From NCBI GenBank assembly GCA_964458565.1, contig CAYWJO010000011.1:16318-80317 (forward strand): DNA of 64,000 nt, written 5' to 3'. The notes under the pieces are model-generated. The model did no database searches, was not told the origin of the DNA, and was given only the letters and a program-made list of their open reading frames with translations. A program made the translations under genes and the position numbers. Shown here in pieces: positions 49,840 through 60,150 of the stretch; position 1 is the first letter of the stretch; every line of letters begins with the position of its first letter. This stretch comes from an uncultured archaeon. Its GTDB lineage: Archaea > Asgardarchaeota > Thorarchaeia > Thorarchaeales > Thorarchaeaceae.

Positions 49840-50511
49840 ATGGATACGGTCAGGATTCTTACCGGTGATGAGGCTGTAGATGCAGTAAAGGCACTGAATG
49901 ACGAGAGTCGTCGTCAGATGCTTCATGCTCTCCGAGCCAGACGGATGTCAACGACTGAACTGTGTGACCTTCTTGAAGTTCCGGATAATGGAAAAGAAGT
50001 CAAGCCCCAGACTGTCAGATACCATTTGAAAGAGCTTGAAAAGGCCGGTTTGATTGAACAGGATGGATATGAACCCGTTGGTGGAAATGGCGGGACTCAC
50101 ATCATGAAGAAACTATGGCGTGCTACTGCAGAGAATGTCTTCATTGCTACCGGTAATATGGACGATATGCCAGAACGTTCTGTCACTGATTTAGATAGTA
50201 CTCTGGACCTTGTAGGTATAATGCGAGAGCTCGGATTCGCGCTTGATGATGAAAAGACAACTCGTATAATTGCTGAAGAGTTCACTGAACGTCTCCAGCT
50301 CTGGCAAAAAGGTCGGGAACAGGCAAAACAGATCATGAAAAAAGTACCTGCAATAGACCCCGGAGTCTATACAACATTGCGACGCATACTGAGTATCATT
50401 CGACTTAATGATACTGAATACACTCGTTATTGGGAACTTAGTCGGAATGTAACTGACAAACTTCGAGTTGCATATCGTGAGGGCATCGGTAAGAATCCCG
50501 AAGTGTATTGA
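49840..50511 (+). CDS. ArsR-like HTH transcriptional regulator
   Basis: VKALNDESRRQML...QTVRYHLKELEKAGLI. Confidence 0.8.
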   Translation: MDTVRILTGDEAVDAVKALNDESRRQMLHALRARRMSTTELCDLLEVPDNGKEVKPQTVRYHLKELEKAGLIEQDGYEPVGGNGGTHIMKKLWRATAENVFIATGNMDDMPERSVTDLDSTLDLVGIMRELGFALDDEKTTRIIAEEFTERLQLWQKGREQAKQIMKKVPAIDPGVYTTLRRILSIIRLNDTEYTRYWELSRNVTDKLRVAYREGIGKNPEVY

Positions 50512-50513
50512 AA

Positions 50514-52838
50514 TCAGGGTTCAGAATCAGGTCTCTTATACTCTGGATATTCTGTCTTGAGTAGACGCTTTATCCTTCCTGCAATCTTTGGTCCAACCCC
50601 TTTTACACTACGCAAGTCTTTCTCACTGGATTGAAAGATATTCTCCAGAGTCCCTAACTCGGACAGTATTGCTCGAGAGATTACTGTATCTACTCCTGGG
50701 AATCCAGAGAGAATGTACTCAAGCGTTTCAGCATCGCCTCCCCTCGCATCTCCTGATCTTGTTCTGAGTGGTTTGTTAGCTCCTATCTGTTCCATGTGTG
50801 CAAGCCTGTAGAGAACGTTAGCTGTTTCTTCGGCATCCTGTGTCCAAATCATTGGGATTTGCAATCGTATCGCAATTGACGAAAGCGCTCCATAAATTGA
50901 GGCTGGATTCACGCCTCTCTGTCCAATAAGTCGTTCACCTTCAATTATAAGAACTGGTCTACGATATGCTGATCTCAATGCGCTCAATTGCACAAAGAGA
51001 CGACCATCTATTAGCGACTGCAAGAAATCCCCTGCTTCTTTGCGTTCAATAGCCACTTCTTCTGAAGCAATATAATCTCCAATCTTTAGACTCTCCGCAG
51101 ATATTTCTACATCAAGTCGAGTGAGTTCTCTTGCAACTACAGTTGGAAGCTCTCGTGAATCCACAATGAGTCTCACTTTTTCATCATCTTTTACTCTGGG
51201 AGGTATGAAACGTTTTTCAGATACTCCCCCTTCTTCCATGTCCGCCTCAGGAAAATCCTCTAGAGTCATTTGCTCATCATCTGAATCAGCTTCTTCTAGG
51301 GCTGACGGCATCTTCTTCAATTTGCTCAACACACTCCAATGGTAGAACTCGTCATGAGTTTCTCTGGCAACAAAAATCACTACACGTCCGGGAGTCTTCC
51401 GGCCAGTTCTCCCTCTACGTTGGATAAATGGTACAACTGATGGTACACAATCGTAAAACACAACGAGATTGCATTCAGGTATATCCAACCCTTCTTCTCC
51501 TACTTGGGTGGCAACCAGGACATTGAACTCATTGTTTCTAAAACCATCCAAGACCTCTATCTGCATCTTCTGACTGAATCCTTTGTCTGAGCCTCTGGAG
51601 CTCTGACCAACAAAACGACTGACTCTTGCGTCGTCTAATTCCTCTAGGGATTCAGCAACTTCAGCAGCAGTATCCCTGAATCTTGTGAAGATCAGAATTC
51701 GGGAGTCCAAATCGACAGATAGTTGTTCACTGACTATCTCAAGGATGGCATCTGCTTTTGGGTGTCGATAACCCTTGGTTAGAAGAGCTTGGAGTAATCC
51801 TTCAAACTGTCTAAACTCTGAACGAGAGATCAGGTCTTTTACTCCCTTTGATGTCTTCTTGTTTCGAATCTCTTCGTACATTCCTTGAACATATCGCTGG
51901 GTTGGTGCCAATCCCTGTGTTCCCACAAACTCTAGCAGATGAATAATTCTAAGTGCTGCTGTAAGATTCTTGATAAGAAGAAATAGATGTCGGGGTGGGT
52001 CAGTATATGTACCAATCTCTTTTCTTACCTGACTCTGCACCTTGAGTATCTCTTTCCTGCCCAGTCTTCTGGCATTTGCGATTGAGAAACCATAATTTTT
52101 CACAGGTTGAAGGTAGTCATCCAGAAGAGAATAGAGAATGTCTCTGAGGACTTCAATCTCTGAAGGTAATCTGATATACTTGAAGTCCATATCAATTGCT
52201 ACAATATACTTTCTTACATCAGGACTTCTCTCTGTTCGTACTTCAACACCAGACAGTCTTAGATTCTCACATACCTTTTGAATCTCTTCAGCCTGGTATC
52301 CTGGGGATGCAGTCAATCCTAAGGATAACACGTGGTTTCCTTGTTTTTCATATAATTCTGCAATGAATGTATACGCATAGTTACCCACCCCTCTATGTGC
52401 CTCATCAAAAACGATGAGTGAAACGCCCGATAAGTCATAACTTCTTTGCACTAAGTCATTCTGAAGTGCTTGAGGAGTCATCGCTATGACCCGTGCATTA
52501 TTCCATAGATCTGGTCTCTTTTCTGGTGGGTCGTGTCCTGTCATACAAATCACAGATTCTTCATCAATGTCAAGCACATTTCTTAGAAATCGTGCTTGTT
52601 GATCAACCAGAGGTCTTGAAGGTGCAAGAAAGAGGACTTTGGAATCCGGATATTCTTGTAGGCGATTTGCACTCACCAATGCTGCAATAATGGTCTTTCC
52701 AAGTCCGGTGCTTAGCACTACCATTGTACTGTTTCTGGATGCAATCTTTGCTAAATTGACCTGATACTCTCTATATTCGACTATGTTTTCTTTGATTCCC
52801 TTCATTGTCACAAATTTCTCTGACTTGGACAAGTCCAT
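50514..52838 (-). CDS. hef: Hef helicase-nuclease (FANCM/XPF homolog)
   Basis: TGLGKT, DEAH, TAS, QRRGRTGR, ERCC4 motifs GDY...ERK and HhH2. Confidence 0.93.
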   Translation of the reverse strand: MDLSKSEKFVTMKGIKENIVEYREYQVNLAKIASRNSTMVVLSTGLGKTIIAALVSANRLQEYPDSKVLFLAPSRPLVDQQARFLRNVLDIDEESVICMTGHDPPEKRPDLWNNARVIAMTPQALQNDLVQRSYDLSGVSLIVFDEAHRGVGNYAYTFIAELYEKQGNHVLSLGLTASPGYQAEEIQKVCENLRLSGVEVRTERSPDVRKYIVAIDMDFKYIRLPSEIEVLRDILYSLLDDYLQPVKNYGFSIANARRLGRKEILKVQSQVRKEIGTYTDPPRHLFLLIKNLTAALRIIHLLEFVGTQGLAPTQRYVQGMYEEIRNKKTSKGVKDLISRSEFRQFEGLLQALLTKGYRHPKADAILEIVSEQLSVDLDSRILIFTRFRDTAAEVAESLEELDDARVSRFVGQSSRGSDKGFSQKMQIEVLDGFRNNEFNVLVATQVGEEGLDIPECNLVVFYDCVPSVVPFIQRRGRTGRKTPGRVVIFVARETHDEFYHWSVLSKLKKMPSALEEADSDDEQMTLEDFPEADMEEGGVSEKRFIPPRVKDDEKVRLIVDSRELPTVVARELTRLDVEISAESLKIGDYIASEEVAIERKEAGDFLQSLIDGRLFVQLSALRSAYRRPVLIIEGERLIGQRGVNPASIYGALSSIAIRLQIPMIWTQDAEETANVLYRLAHMEQIGANKPLRTRSGDARGGDAETLEYILSGFPGVDTVISRAILSELGTLENIFQSSEKDLRSVKGVGPKIAGRIKRLLKTEYPEYKRPDSEP

Positions 52839-52936
52839 ATCCTCGTTGTAGTCGGTGTTTGGTCCTACATCATCATAATACTCACTGCTAATAATACTCT
52901 CCTACATGTTTGTGATGTATATGGAGTCGAGACAAA

Positions 52937-53272
52937 ATGGTCACAGACGAGTTAATGCCTAGTATCGAAGCTGAGTTATATGAACTTAGCATGCCCGGGA
53001 GATTGCTTGGTAAGGAGGTCCTTGACAGCAGAGCTCGAAGAATTGGAATCGTCCGTAGTATTCGCATCTCTCTTCATCCCACACGGTCAGAATTGATAGT
53101 AAAAGGTGCTGAGGTTGAATTTCCTGTAGATTTCAATTCAATAGAAGCTGTTGGAACAGTAGTTCAGCTCAATACCGTCGTGAAAGAGGCCGAAGAGATT
53201 GAAGTACATGACGTAATTCGTCTTCAGAAAGAGGTACTTGATGACATTCAAGCGTATCTTGGAGCACGTTAA
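52937..53272 (+). CDS. PRC-barrel domain protein
   Basis: LLGKEVLDSRARRIGIVRSI...IEAVGTVV. Confidence 0.75.
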   Translation: MVTDELMPSIEAELYELSMPGRLLGKEVLDSRARRIGIVRSIRISLHPTRSELIVKGAEVEFPVDFNSIEAVGTVVQLNTVVKEAEEIEVHDVIRLQKEVLDDIQAYLGAR

Positions 53273-53341
53273 TCTGAATCATGAATAATTCGAAGACGTT
53301 ATTAGAGAACTGGGATGCTCTTTGTATTCGGAGTTGATCCC

Positions 53342-54163
53342 ATGGACCTCACCATAGAGCAACTTGCTAAGATGATTGACCATACAGTGCTAAAGCCTGA
53401 CACCAAAAAATCCAAGATAAAACAATTATGTGATGAAGCATTACTCTATAATTTTGGGGCAGTATGTATCAATCCTGTACATGTCGAATATGCTGCAGAA
53501 CTATTGAAAGATTCCTCTGTTAAGGTCTGTTGTGTCGTTGGGTTTCCGCTTGGTGCTACTCTTTCAGAAGTGAAGGCATTTGAAGCCAAGAAAGCTGTTG
53601 AACTCGGCGCTCATGAAATCGACATGGTAATGAATGTTGGAGCTCACCGTGATAATGACTATGAATTAGTACAGTCTGATATGGAGGCAGTAGTCAGAGC
53701 CTCAGGAGATGCTGAGGTCAAAGTCATTCTCGAAACTGGTTTGATGAGAGATGATGAGATGATTAAGGCCTGTGAAATTGCTGTGGATGCTGGTGTTGAT
53801 TTTGTTAAGACCTCTACAGGTTTTGGTCCTATGGGCGCCACGCCTCATGATGTACGTATTATGCGGGAAACGGTTGGTCCTGATATCGGAGTGAAAGCGG
53901 CAGGTGGTATTCGTAATTTTAAGGATGCATGGAAGCTAATTGAAGCTGGAGCAAATAGACTTGGTACTAGTGCAGGGGTTGGAATTGTAGAAGATTTCAG
54001 GTGGCAACAGTACAGTGATGCTTGGATGCAACCTGATAAGCACTGTTGGGACTGTCCAAGTCGCCTTGCGAATCTTAACACTCAACCCAAGGATGTGTAT
54101 CTCTGGTACAAACAACGTTGCGTGACTTGTGAATATCGTCATGAGAATATATTCAATGATTAG
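53342..54163 (+). CDS. deoC: Deoxyribose-phosphate aldolase with a Cys-rich C-terminal extension
   Basis: [29 protein letters not shown] and RLGTS. Confidence 0.93.
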   Translation: MDLTIEQLAKMIDHTVLKPDTKKSKIKQLCDEALLYNFGAVCINPVHVEYAAELLKDSSVKVCCVVGFPLGATLSEVKAFEAKKAVELGAHEIDMVMNVGAHRDNDYELVQSDMEAVVRASGDAEVKVILETGLMRDDEMIKACEIAVDAGVDFVKTSTGFGPMGATPHDVRIMRETVGPDIGVKAAGGIRNFKDAWKLIEAGANRLGTSAGVGIVEDFRWQQYSDAWMQPDKHCWDCPSRLANLNTQPKDVYLWYKQRCVTCEYRHENIFND

Positions 54164-54175
54164 GAGGCTTATCAA

Positions 54176-55960
54176 GTGTCTAATTACTATACAGATGCAC
54201 TCATATTACGAGTATCACTGAATGACAAAACTACAAGAACCGAGCAGATTCCACGTGATATATACGAACAATATTTGGGCGGGAGAGGATTGGGTGTAAA
54301 GATACTCTATGACGAATTAGCTCCCAAGACAGATCCACTCTCACCTGATAACAAGCTCATTTTTGCAGTCGGTCCTGTTACTGCAACGAAAGTTCCTACG
54401 GGTGGACGATATGCTGTAATCACAAAATCCCCCCTGACTGGAACTATATTTGATTCCAGCTCGGGCGGCTATTGGGGAGCAGAACTGAGACGCGCTGGAT
54501 TTATCGCGATTATATTTGAGGGCCGAGCAGAGTCCCCTGTTTATCTCTGGATAAATGATGGTACTATAGAGATACGTGACGCTTCCAAGGTATGGGGCAG
54601 AGATGTTTACGAAACAACAGACTACCTCCTCAATGAGACTGACGACAAGGCACAGGTTGCCTGTATTGGTCCTGCTGGTGAGAAACAGGTTCTCATGTCA
54701 GGTATAATGACCGATAAGCATCGAGCTGCTGGACGTGGTGGTGTCGGAGCAGTTATGGGTTCAAAGAACGTAAAAGCCGTTGTAGTTCGAGGTACACAGA
54801 AGGTATTGAGCGCAGATGATGAGAAACTCACTGAAGTTGTAAAACGAGCGAGACTACTAATAAAGAAGAATGCTGTTACAGACAAATCATTGCCAGTCTA
54901 TGGTACTCCTGTACTGGTAAACGTAATCAACGAGTTTGGAATGCTCCCTACACATAACTTCCAGCTAGGAACTTTCAATGATGCTGGTGGAGTGTCCGGC
55001 GAGAAATTACTAGAGCGATTAGCGGTAAAACAATACAACTGTTTTGGATGTCCTATCGGGTGTGGACGGATAAGCAAAGCATATGGCGAAGAAGTAGGCG
55101 GTCCAGAGTATGAAACAATCTGGGCGCTTGGCCCACAATGTGGTATTAACGATTTAGAATGGATTGCTATGGCAAATCATAGATGCAATCTGATGGGAAT
55201 AGATACCATATCAGTCGGAAGCACTATCGGATGTGCTATGGAACTTGTTGAGAGGGGTCTCTTGGATGCACCCATTAGGTTCGGAAGCACAGAAAATGTA
55301 CTTGATTTGATTGATGATATTGCTCATCTTAGGGGTCTTGGAAAAGATTTGGCCGAGGGATCGAAAAGACTTGCGGCAAAATACGGTGCACCTGATTTAG
55401 CGATGCAGGTCAAGGGTCTCGAAATTCCTGCATACGATCCTCGTGGTGTGCAAGGACACGCTCTAGGATATGCAACATCTAACCGCGGAGGATGTCACTT
55501 GAGATCCTACTTGATTGGTCCTGAGATTATGGGGGTGCCTGTTAGAGTCGACCGCGACTCAGTCAGAGGAAAACCTGAACTAGTGATATTGTATCAAGAC
55601 CTATCAGCAGCAATGGATTCCATGGCAGTGTGCCGATTCACTAATTTTGCATGGTCTGTTGATGATTATGCCGCATTAACTGCTGCATCAACAGGATTGC
55701 AACTAGATGGTCGCTCATTTCTTGAGATAGGCGCGAGGATCTACAACCTTGAACGACTCTTTAACAATCGTGAGGGATTAACTAAAGAAGATGATTTCCT
55801 CCCTCCAAGATTCTCCAAGCCGCTTCCAGAAGGTAATTCAAGAAATCGGATTGTAGAACTAGAACCAATGCTCTCAGAATATTACAGATTGAGAGGTTGG
55901 GATGACCAAGGCAGACCTACAAGTGAACGCTTGGAATCACTCAGTATTGATACAAGTTGA
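54176..55960 (+). CDS. aor: Tungsten-containing aldehyde:ferredoxin oxidoreductase
   Basis: AAGRGGVGAVMGSKN, CFGCPIGC, EYET, NRGGCH and YYRLRGWD. Confidence 0.93.
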   Translation: MSNYYTDALILRVSLNDKTTRTEQIPRDIYEQYLGGRGLGVKILYDELAPKTDPLSPDNKLIFAVGPVTATKVPTGGRYAVITKSPLTGTIFDSSSGGYWGAELRRAGFIAIIFEGRAESPVYLWINDGTIEIRDASKVWGRDVYETTDYLLNETDDKAQVACIGPAGEKQVLMSGIMTDKHRAAGRGGVGAVMGSKNVKAVVVRGTQKVLSADDEKLTEVVKRARLLIKKNAVTDKSLPVYGTPVLVNVINEFGMLPTHNFQLGTFNDAGGVSGEKLLERLAVKQYNCFGCPIGCGRISKAYGEEVGGPEYETIWALGPQCGINDLEWIAMANHRCNLMGIDTISVGSTIGCAMELVERGLLDAPIRFGSTENVLDLIDDIAHLRGLGKDLAEGSKRLAAKYGAPDLAMQVKGLEIPAYDPRGVQGHALGYATSNRGGCHLRSYLIGPEIMGVPVRVDRDSVRGKPELVILYQDLSAAMDSMAVCRFTNFAWSVDDYAALTAASTGLQLDGRSFLEIGARIYNLERLFNNREGLTKEDDFLPPRFSKPLPEGNSRNRIVELEPMLSEYYRLRGWDDQGRPTSERLESLSIDTS

Positions 55961-55992
55961 TTCACTGATTTCGAAATAGAGGATTGATTTAA

Positions 55993-57939
55993 CTGGCACG
56001 AAGTAGAACCCGGAAATTTCGTAGAGGACACGCTCCATATCTCACTAAAATCAGATTCTATTGGTGTGACCGATGCAATGTGCCTCGTATCTCAGACAAA
56101 CCATGCGGTGTCTGTGGAGAACAATCTCGGTCTGTAGAGATCTCACCTCCGGGTGATCCTTTTCCCGCAATGGAAGGTCATCTTCAACGCGCCATCTCAA
56201 CAATAGATGAGCAATTTGGTGACGATGTTGGAATGGCGGTCTTACCCTCTAACAAGACAATCGTTTTGAACAAGGTATCATCTCTGGATGCGATGTATGA
56301 GATAATCACAGACGGATACATTGTAGGAAGACTTCGATTTGATATTCCCAAACGTGGTTATACATTCTTACTTACTCTAGAAGGTGGTAGAAGAATCGGA
56401 AAACACAGTAAGATGAAATGGGTTTCCTGTCATGATGGGGTCCTTCCTTATCTGAAGAAAGGTGCAAATCTGATGCTTCCTGGAGTTACTGGATGCGACT
56501 CTGGAATTCAAGTTGATGATGAAGTATGGCTCATTAATAGTTCTGGATTGGTCATTGGAGTTGGCTTAGCTAGAATGAGTGGAGCTGAGATGGCTTGTGA
56601 AACGAAAGGATTTGCAGTTAAAATCCGTGAGATTGGAGATCCAATCGAACCCCAGATAAACCAAAGGACAGCAACTTGGGATGATGCGGTTTCAGCGAAT
56701 ACAAATGACCTTGATGTAATCGAAGATGAGGCTGTGGCATTCATTCATCGTGCTATAAGGAACGTTAATGCTCCTGTAGTTGTAGGATTTAGTGGTGGTA
56801 AGGACTCACTCGTTACTTACCTTCTTGTTGAAAAAGCACTTGGCAAAGCCCCTCCCCTCTTTTTCATGAATACCGGGCTTGAATTACCTGAAACAATTGA
56901 GCACGTCAAATCATTTGCACAGAACAGGAGTGCCAAAGTCATTAATCAAGATGCAGGTGACAGATTCTGGGAGTCTCTTGATGTCTTCGGTCCTCCTGCT
57001 AGAGATTTCCGATGGTGTTGCAAGGTTTTGAAACTTGGTCCTGCAGCGACATCAATTGCTAGTGAAATGGATGGAGAATCACTATCTTTCATGGGGCAGC
57101 GTAAACTCGAATCCTTTCAACGATCAATCGAACCGCGTCTTACAAATAATCCATGGGTGCCTGGTCAGACGTCTGCCAATCCGATACAGAATTGGAATGC
57201 CTTGGAGGTATGGTTGTACATATTTCGGTCAGGTGTTGAATTCAATCCATTATACAATAAAGGCTATCATCGAATGGGTTGTTATCTTTGTCCGTCCTCT
57301 CCATTAGAGGAATTGAAGAGTCTTAGTGAAACACATCCAGATCTCTACACACGTTGGACGGATCGTCTTGGGGCTGAGGCAGAAAGAATGGGTTTTCCTG
57401 AGGAGTGGGCAACTCACGGATTTTGGCGATGGAAGAACATCCCTTCAGGTCAGATGAATCTGATAAAAACCATGGGCTTAGATATCACTCCGAAACGACA
57501 AGGTCCCGGTGAACGGTTGGAGCTTACTATAGTCAAAGGAGTTTCACCGTGCGTACAATCCGGATTCAGTTTAGAAGGCCAGTTCTCTGATGGTATAGAT
57601 CTCAATAGAGTATCAGAGGTATTAGCAATATTCGGTGAACCAAAAATATCGGAAGAAATGGGTGCATTAAGAATAAAGACTAACGGAAACGCAATCACAT
57701 TGTTCAGTTCAGGTTCTCTCATTATTAGAGGTGAAAATGAGGCGCGAATTAATCAGCTCTCCGAACAGGTTGACCGTGCGGTCAAACGTGCCATACTATG
57801 TCAAGCATGCGGTTCGTGTGTTCCACAGTGTGAGAATAGTGCACTCTATTTGAAAGATGAGAAAATCTCAGTAGATTCCACAAAGTGCACAAACTGCATC
57901 AAGTGTGACCTTTGGCCCTGTCCTACCTATCTCTCCTAG
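55993..57939 (+). CDS. Zn-ribbon/PUA/PAPS-reductase/4Fe-4S multidomain protein
   Basis: WCDRCNVP..CGVC, PUA domain, FSGGKDS, WCCKVLK, GCYLCP and a C-terminal ferredoxin. The frame extends upstream to CTG at 55993. Confidence 0.85.
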   Translation: MARSRTRKFRRGHAPYLTKIRFYWCDRCNVPRISDKPCGVCGEQSRSVEISPPGDPFPAMEGHLQRAISTIDEQFGDDVGMAVLPSNKTIVLNKVSSLDAMYEIITDGYIVGRLRFDIPKRGYTFLLTLEGGRRIGKHSKMKWVSCHDGVLPYLKKGANLMLPGVTGCDSGIQVDDEVWLINSSGLVIGVGLARMSGAEMACETKGFAVKIREIGDPIEPQINQRTATWDDAVSANTNDLDVIEDEAVAFIHRAIRNVNAPVVVGFSGGKDSLVTYLLVEKALGKAPPLFFMNTGLELPETIEHVKSFAQNRSAKVINQDAGDRFWESLDVFGPPARDFRWCCKVLKLGPAATSIASEMDGESLSFMGQRKLESFQRSIEPRLTNNPWVPGQTSANPIQNWNALEVWLYIFRSGVEFNPLYNKGYHRMGCYLCPSSPLEELKSLSETHPDLYTRWTDRLGAEAERMGFPEEWATHGFWRWKNIPSGQMNLIKTMGLDITPKRQGPGERLELTIVKGVSPCVQSGFSLEGQFSDGIDLNRVSEVLAIFGEPKISEEMGALRIKTNGNAITLFSSGSLIIRGENEARINQLSEQVDRAVKRAILCQACGSCVPQCENSALYLKDEKISVDSTKCTNCIKCDLWPCPTYLS

Positions 57940-58051
57940 CTCGTTATACACACTCTAATAGGATTGATCTCCTGACAAAAAGTTAATACCTAGCTACGAC
58001 AGGGAATACGTCGCTAGCATCGCTTGCATACAGTGCCCGGTGTGATTCGTA

Positions 58052-59395
58052 ATGCTCAGTGCAATCTCTTTAAAGATATATGAACTTCGCAAGTATCTTG
58101 TACTGAGCCTGTTGGTGTCCTCATTTGCCATTCCGATAGCTGAATCATTAGTCATTCATCGAGATCGAAATAGAAATGAGATGTATGGCGAAGCCTTCTG
58201 GATTTATGGTTTCGACATCTATACAATGACAGATAAGGAATTGATGAATGAGCTTGAAAAACTTCCAGATGGGTGGGACTTTGAGAATAACACTGTCGTC
58301 CTACCAGAATATATCAATGTGAGCTATGAATATCCTGTATTTGGGCTGGTATTTTTTGCAATTGCAACGTGGTTGTATCCTGGTGTACAAGGATTCCAGG
58401 GCTTATGGTTGAACTTCATTTTGGTTCTAGTATTCAATCTCAATCTAGTATTGATTGCTATTCTCTTAGGTGATAAAGCACGGAAACAAAAATGGGCTCA
58501 AATGCTTATCGCGGGTTATTTCATCTATGGTCTCTTTATGTCAGCTGCAGGTGGAAAACTGGAACCCATTGTTGAGTGCTTGTTTCTTATGGCCCTTGTA
58601 TTAAGGAAAGAAGGTCAGATGGGGAAATCAATGGCAGCTCTAGGCTTGTCTGTACAGACCAAGATTTACTCTGCTGTGGCATTCCCGCTCTTTTTCATTG
58701 AAGCACCACTTACTTCAATTTGGTTCTTCGTTAGTCTGCTATTGACAGTAATTCCATTCGCTTTAGGTGCAGACTTTAATTCGCTTCTCTCCCACTTTCT
58801 TAACCAATCCTCTTATTCGTCATATGTTGTAAATGGATTGTATCCCGGTCTCTTCTTTAATACACCCGTTACGGGAAGTGCTGAAACCTATCTGTGGCCC
58901 CCTGCATTGATTCCATTAATCATATATCTTACATTCATGCTTTATACGATTGACCTTTACTTGCCGAAAAAGAAAGACTTTCTCGCGTCTTCATGGAAAG
59001 AAAGAATATTTCTTTTGAAACCTCTCTATATCTACCTGATTCCAGGTGTTTTGTTTCTCTTCCGGTGGGTAATGCCATGGTACCTCTTTTGGTTCGCTCT
59101 TATGGTTCTGTTATATGAAAATGATGAACAAGCTTCTGGATACATGAAACACATAACTATTGTAGGTTTTCTCTATACATTTGGTGTGTTTTGCAATTAC
59201 CCCTACTTTGTTTCAGGGCCACTGCCTGAGTTCATTAATGAATTCATATTTGGTTATCAGACGATGATAGCTCTAGCATTAATTCTCGTCTTAATGTCAA
59301 TCTCTTATGTGATTTGGAGATGGGATTGTGAACGACGAGAGGCGCAACAACAAATAATCAGGGACGCAGAAGCAAGAGGGGAACTGATAATTTAA
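58052..59395 (+). CDS. Polytopic membrane protein, GT-C (GT87-like) glycosyltransferase candidate
   Basis: About 11 TM helices; EYP motif in the first large loop; PWY motif. Confidence 0.55.
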   Translation: MLSAISLKIYELRKYLVLSLLVSSFAIPIAESLVIHRDRNRNEMYGEAFWIYGFDIYTMTDKELMNELEKLPDGWDFENNTVVLPEYINVSYEYPVFGLVFFAIATWLYPGVQGFQGLWLNFILVLVFNLNLVLIAILLGDKARKQKWAQMLIAGYFIYGLFMSAAGGKLEPIVECLFLMALVLRKEGQMGKSMAALGLSVQTKIYSAVAFPLFFIEAPLTSIWFFVSLLLTVIPFALGADFNSLLSHFLNQSSYSSYVVNGLYPGLFFNTPVTGSAETYLWPPALIPLIIYLTFMLYTIDLYLPKKKDFLASSWKERIFLLKPLYIYLIPGVLFLFRWVMPWYLFWFALMVLLYENDEQASGYMKHITIVGFLYTFGVFCNYPYFVSGPLPEFINEFIFGYQTMIALALILVLMSISYVIWRWDCERREAQQQIIRDAEARGELII

Positions 59396-59853
59396 CGTGC
59401 AGTTCCATTATCACGATAATAATCTATGATTCTTTTTCGGATGAGTGTGGAGGAACAGAGACCATCAGCTTCTCGTTTCTCTAAACGAACAATTGTACAT
59501 TTAAGCCCCTCCTTGACAAACATCTCTTCAAGTTCATCGATATCTGCATGCTGATCATATCCGAGTGCAATAATGTCTGGTTTGACGTCATTAACAATAG
59601 AGGTCTGGTCTCTGGTTTCATATCCTAGAACCGCTTCGTCCACAAATTCAAGTGCCTCAACAAGTCTCCTTCTTTGTTCCTGGGGAAAAACCGGAGGTGC
59701 GCCACGTTCTCCATGAATTGTACTGTCTAGTGCAATCACTACAACTAATTTTCCATCTACACCAGCAAGCTCTCGCGCTTGCTGCAAGTATGCAAGATGT
59801 CCCAGATGCAGAATGTCAAATTTTCCTGCTGCTAGGATGGTTTTTCCAGACAT
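59392..59853 (-). CDS. ribL: Archaeal FAD synthetase
   Basis: GKFDILHLGHL, KPDIIALGYDQ and SSTLIR. Confidence 0.85.
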   Translation of the reverse strand: MSGKTILAAGKFDILHLGHLAYLQQARELAGVDGKLVVVIALDSTIHGERGAPPVFPQEQRRRLVEALEFVDEAVLGYETRDQTSIVNDVKPDIIALGYDQHADIDELEEMFVKEGLKCTIVRLEKREADGLCSSTLIRKRIIDYYRDNGTAR

Positions 59854-59874
59854 TGATAGTCCCTTCTGTGACCG

Positions 59875-60150
59875 CTAGTCTTCATCTACAGCAAGAAACT
59901 CTGTTCCTTCTTGAATTACCTCGATGCGTCGTTTTGTCTTTGTGATTTGACTAACGTGTAATATACCGTTTATCTCAAGTTGCATCAGTGCAGCATTTAG
60001 CTCACTATCACTTGGCTCAGTACCCATTTCTTTCTTCAGTGCTCTTCTGAGTTCATCATCCAGAATCACACCTCTTCTTTTCTGAATAATCTGAACTATC
60101 ACTGTTCTAATTGGAATAGGTTTCCATGTTGCCATATCTTTCACTTCCAT
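59875..60150 (-). CDS. Small winged-helix protein coupled to cdc48 (Sul12a-like chromatin protein candidate)
   Basis: W.P.PIR...DELRRAL...SELNAALMQLEINGILHVS; TAATG overlap with the cdc48 stop. Confidence 0.6.
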   Translation of the reverse strand: MEVKDMATWKPIPIRTVIVQIIQKRRGVILDDELRRALKKEMGTEPSDSELNAALMQLEINGILHVSQITKTKRRIEVIQEGTEFLAVDED

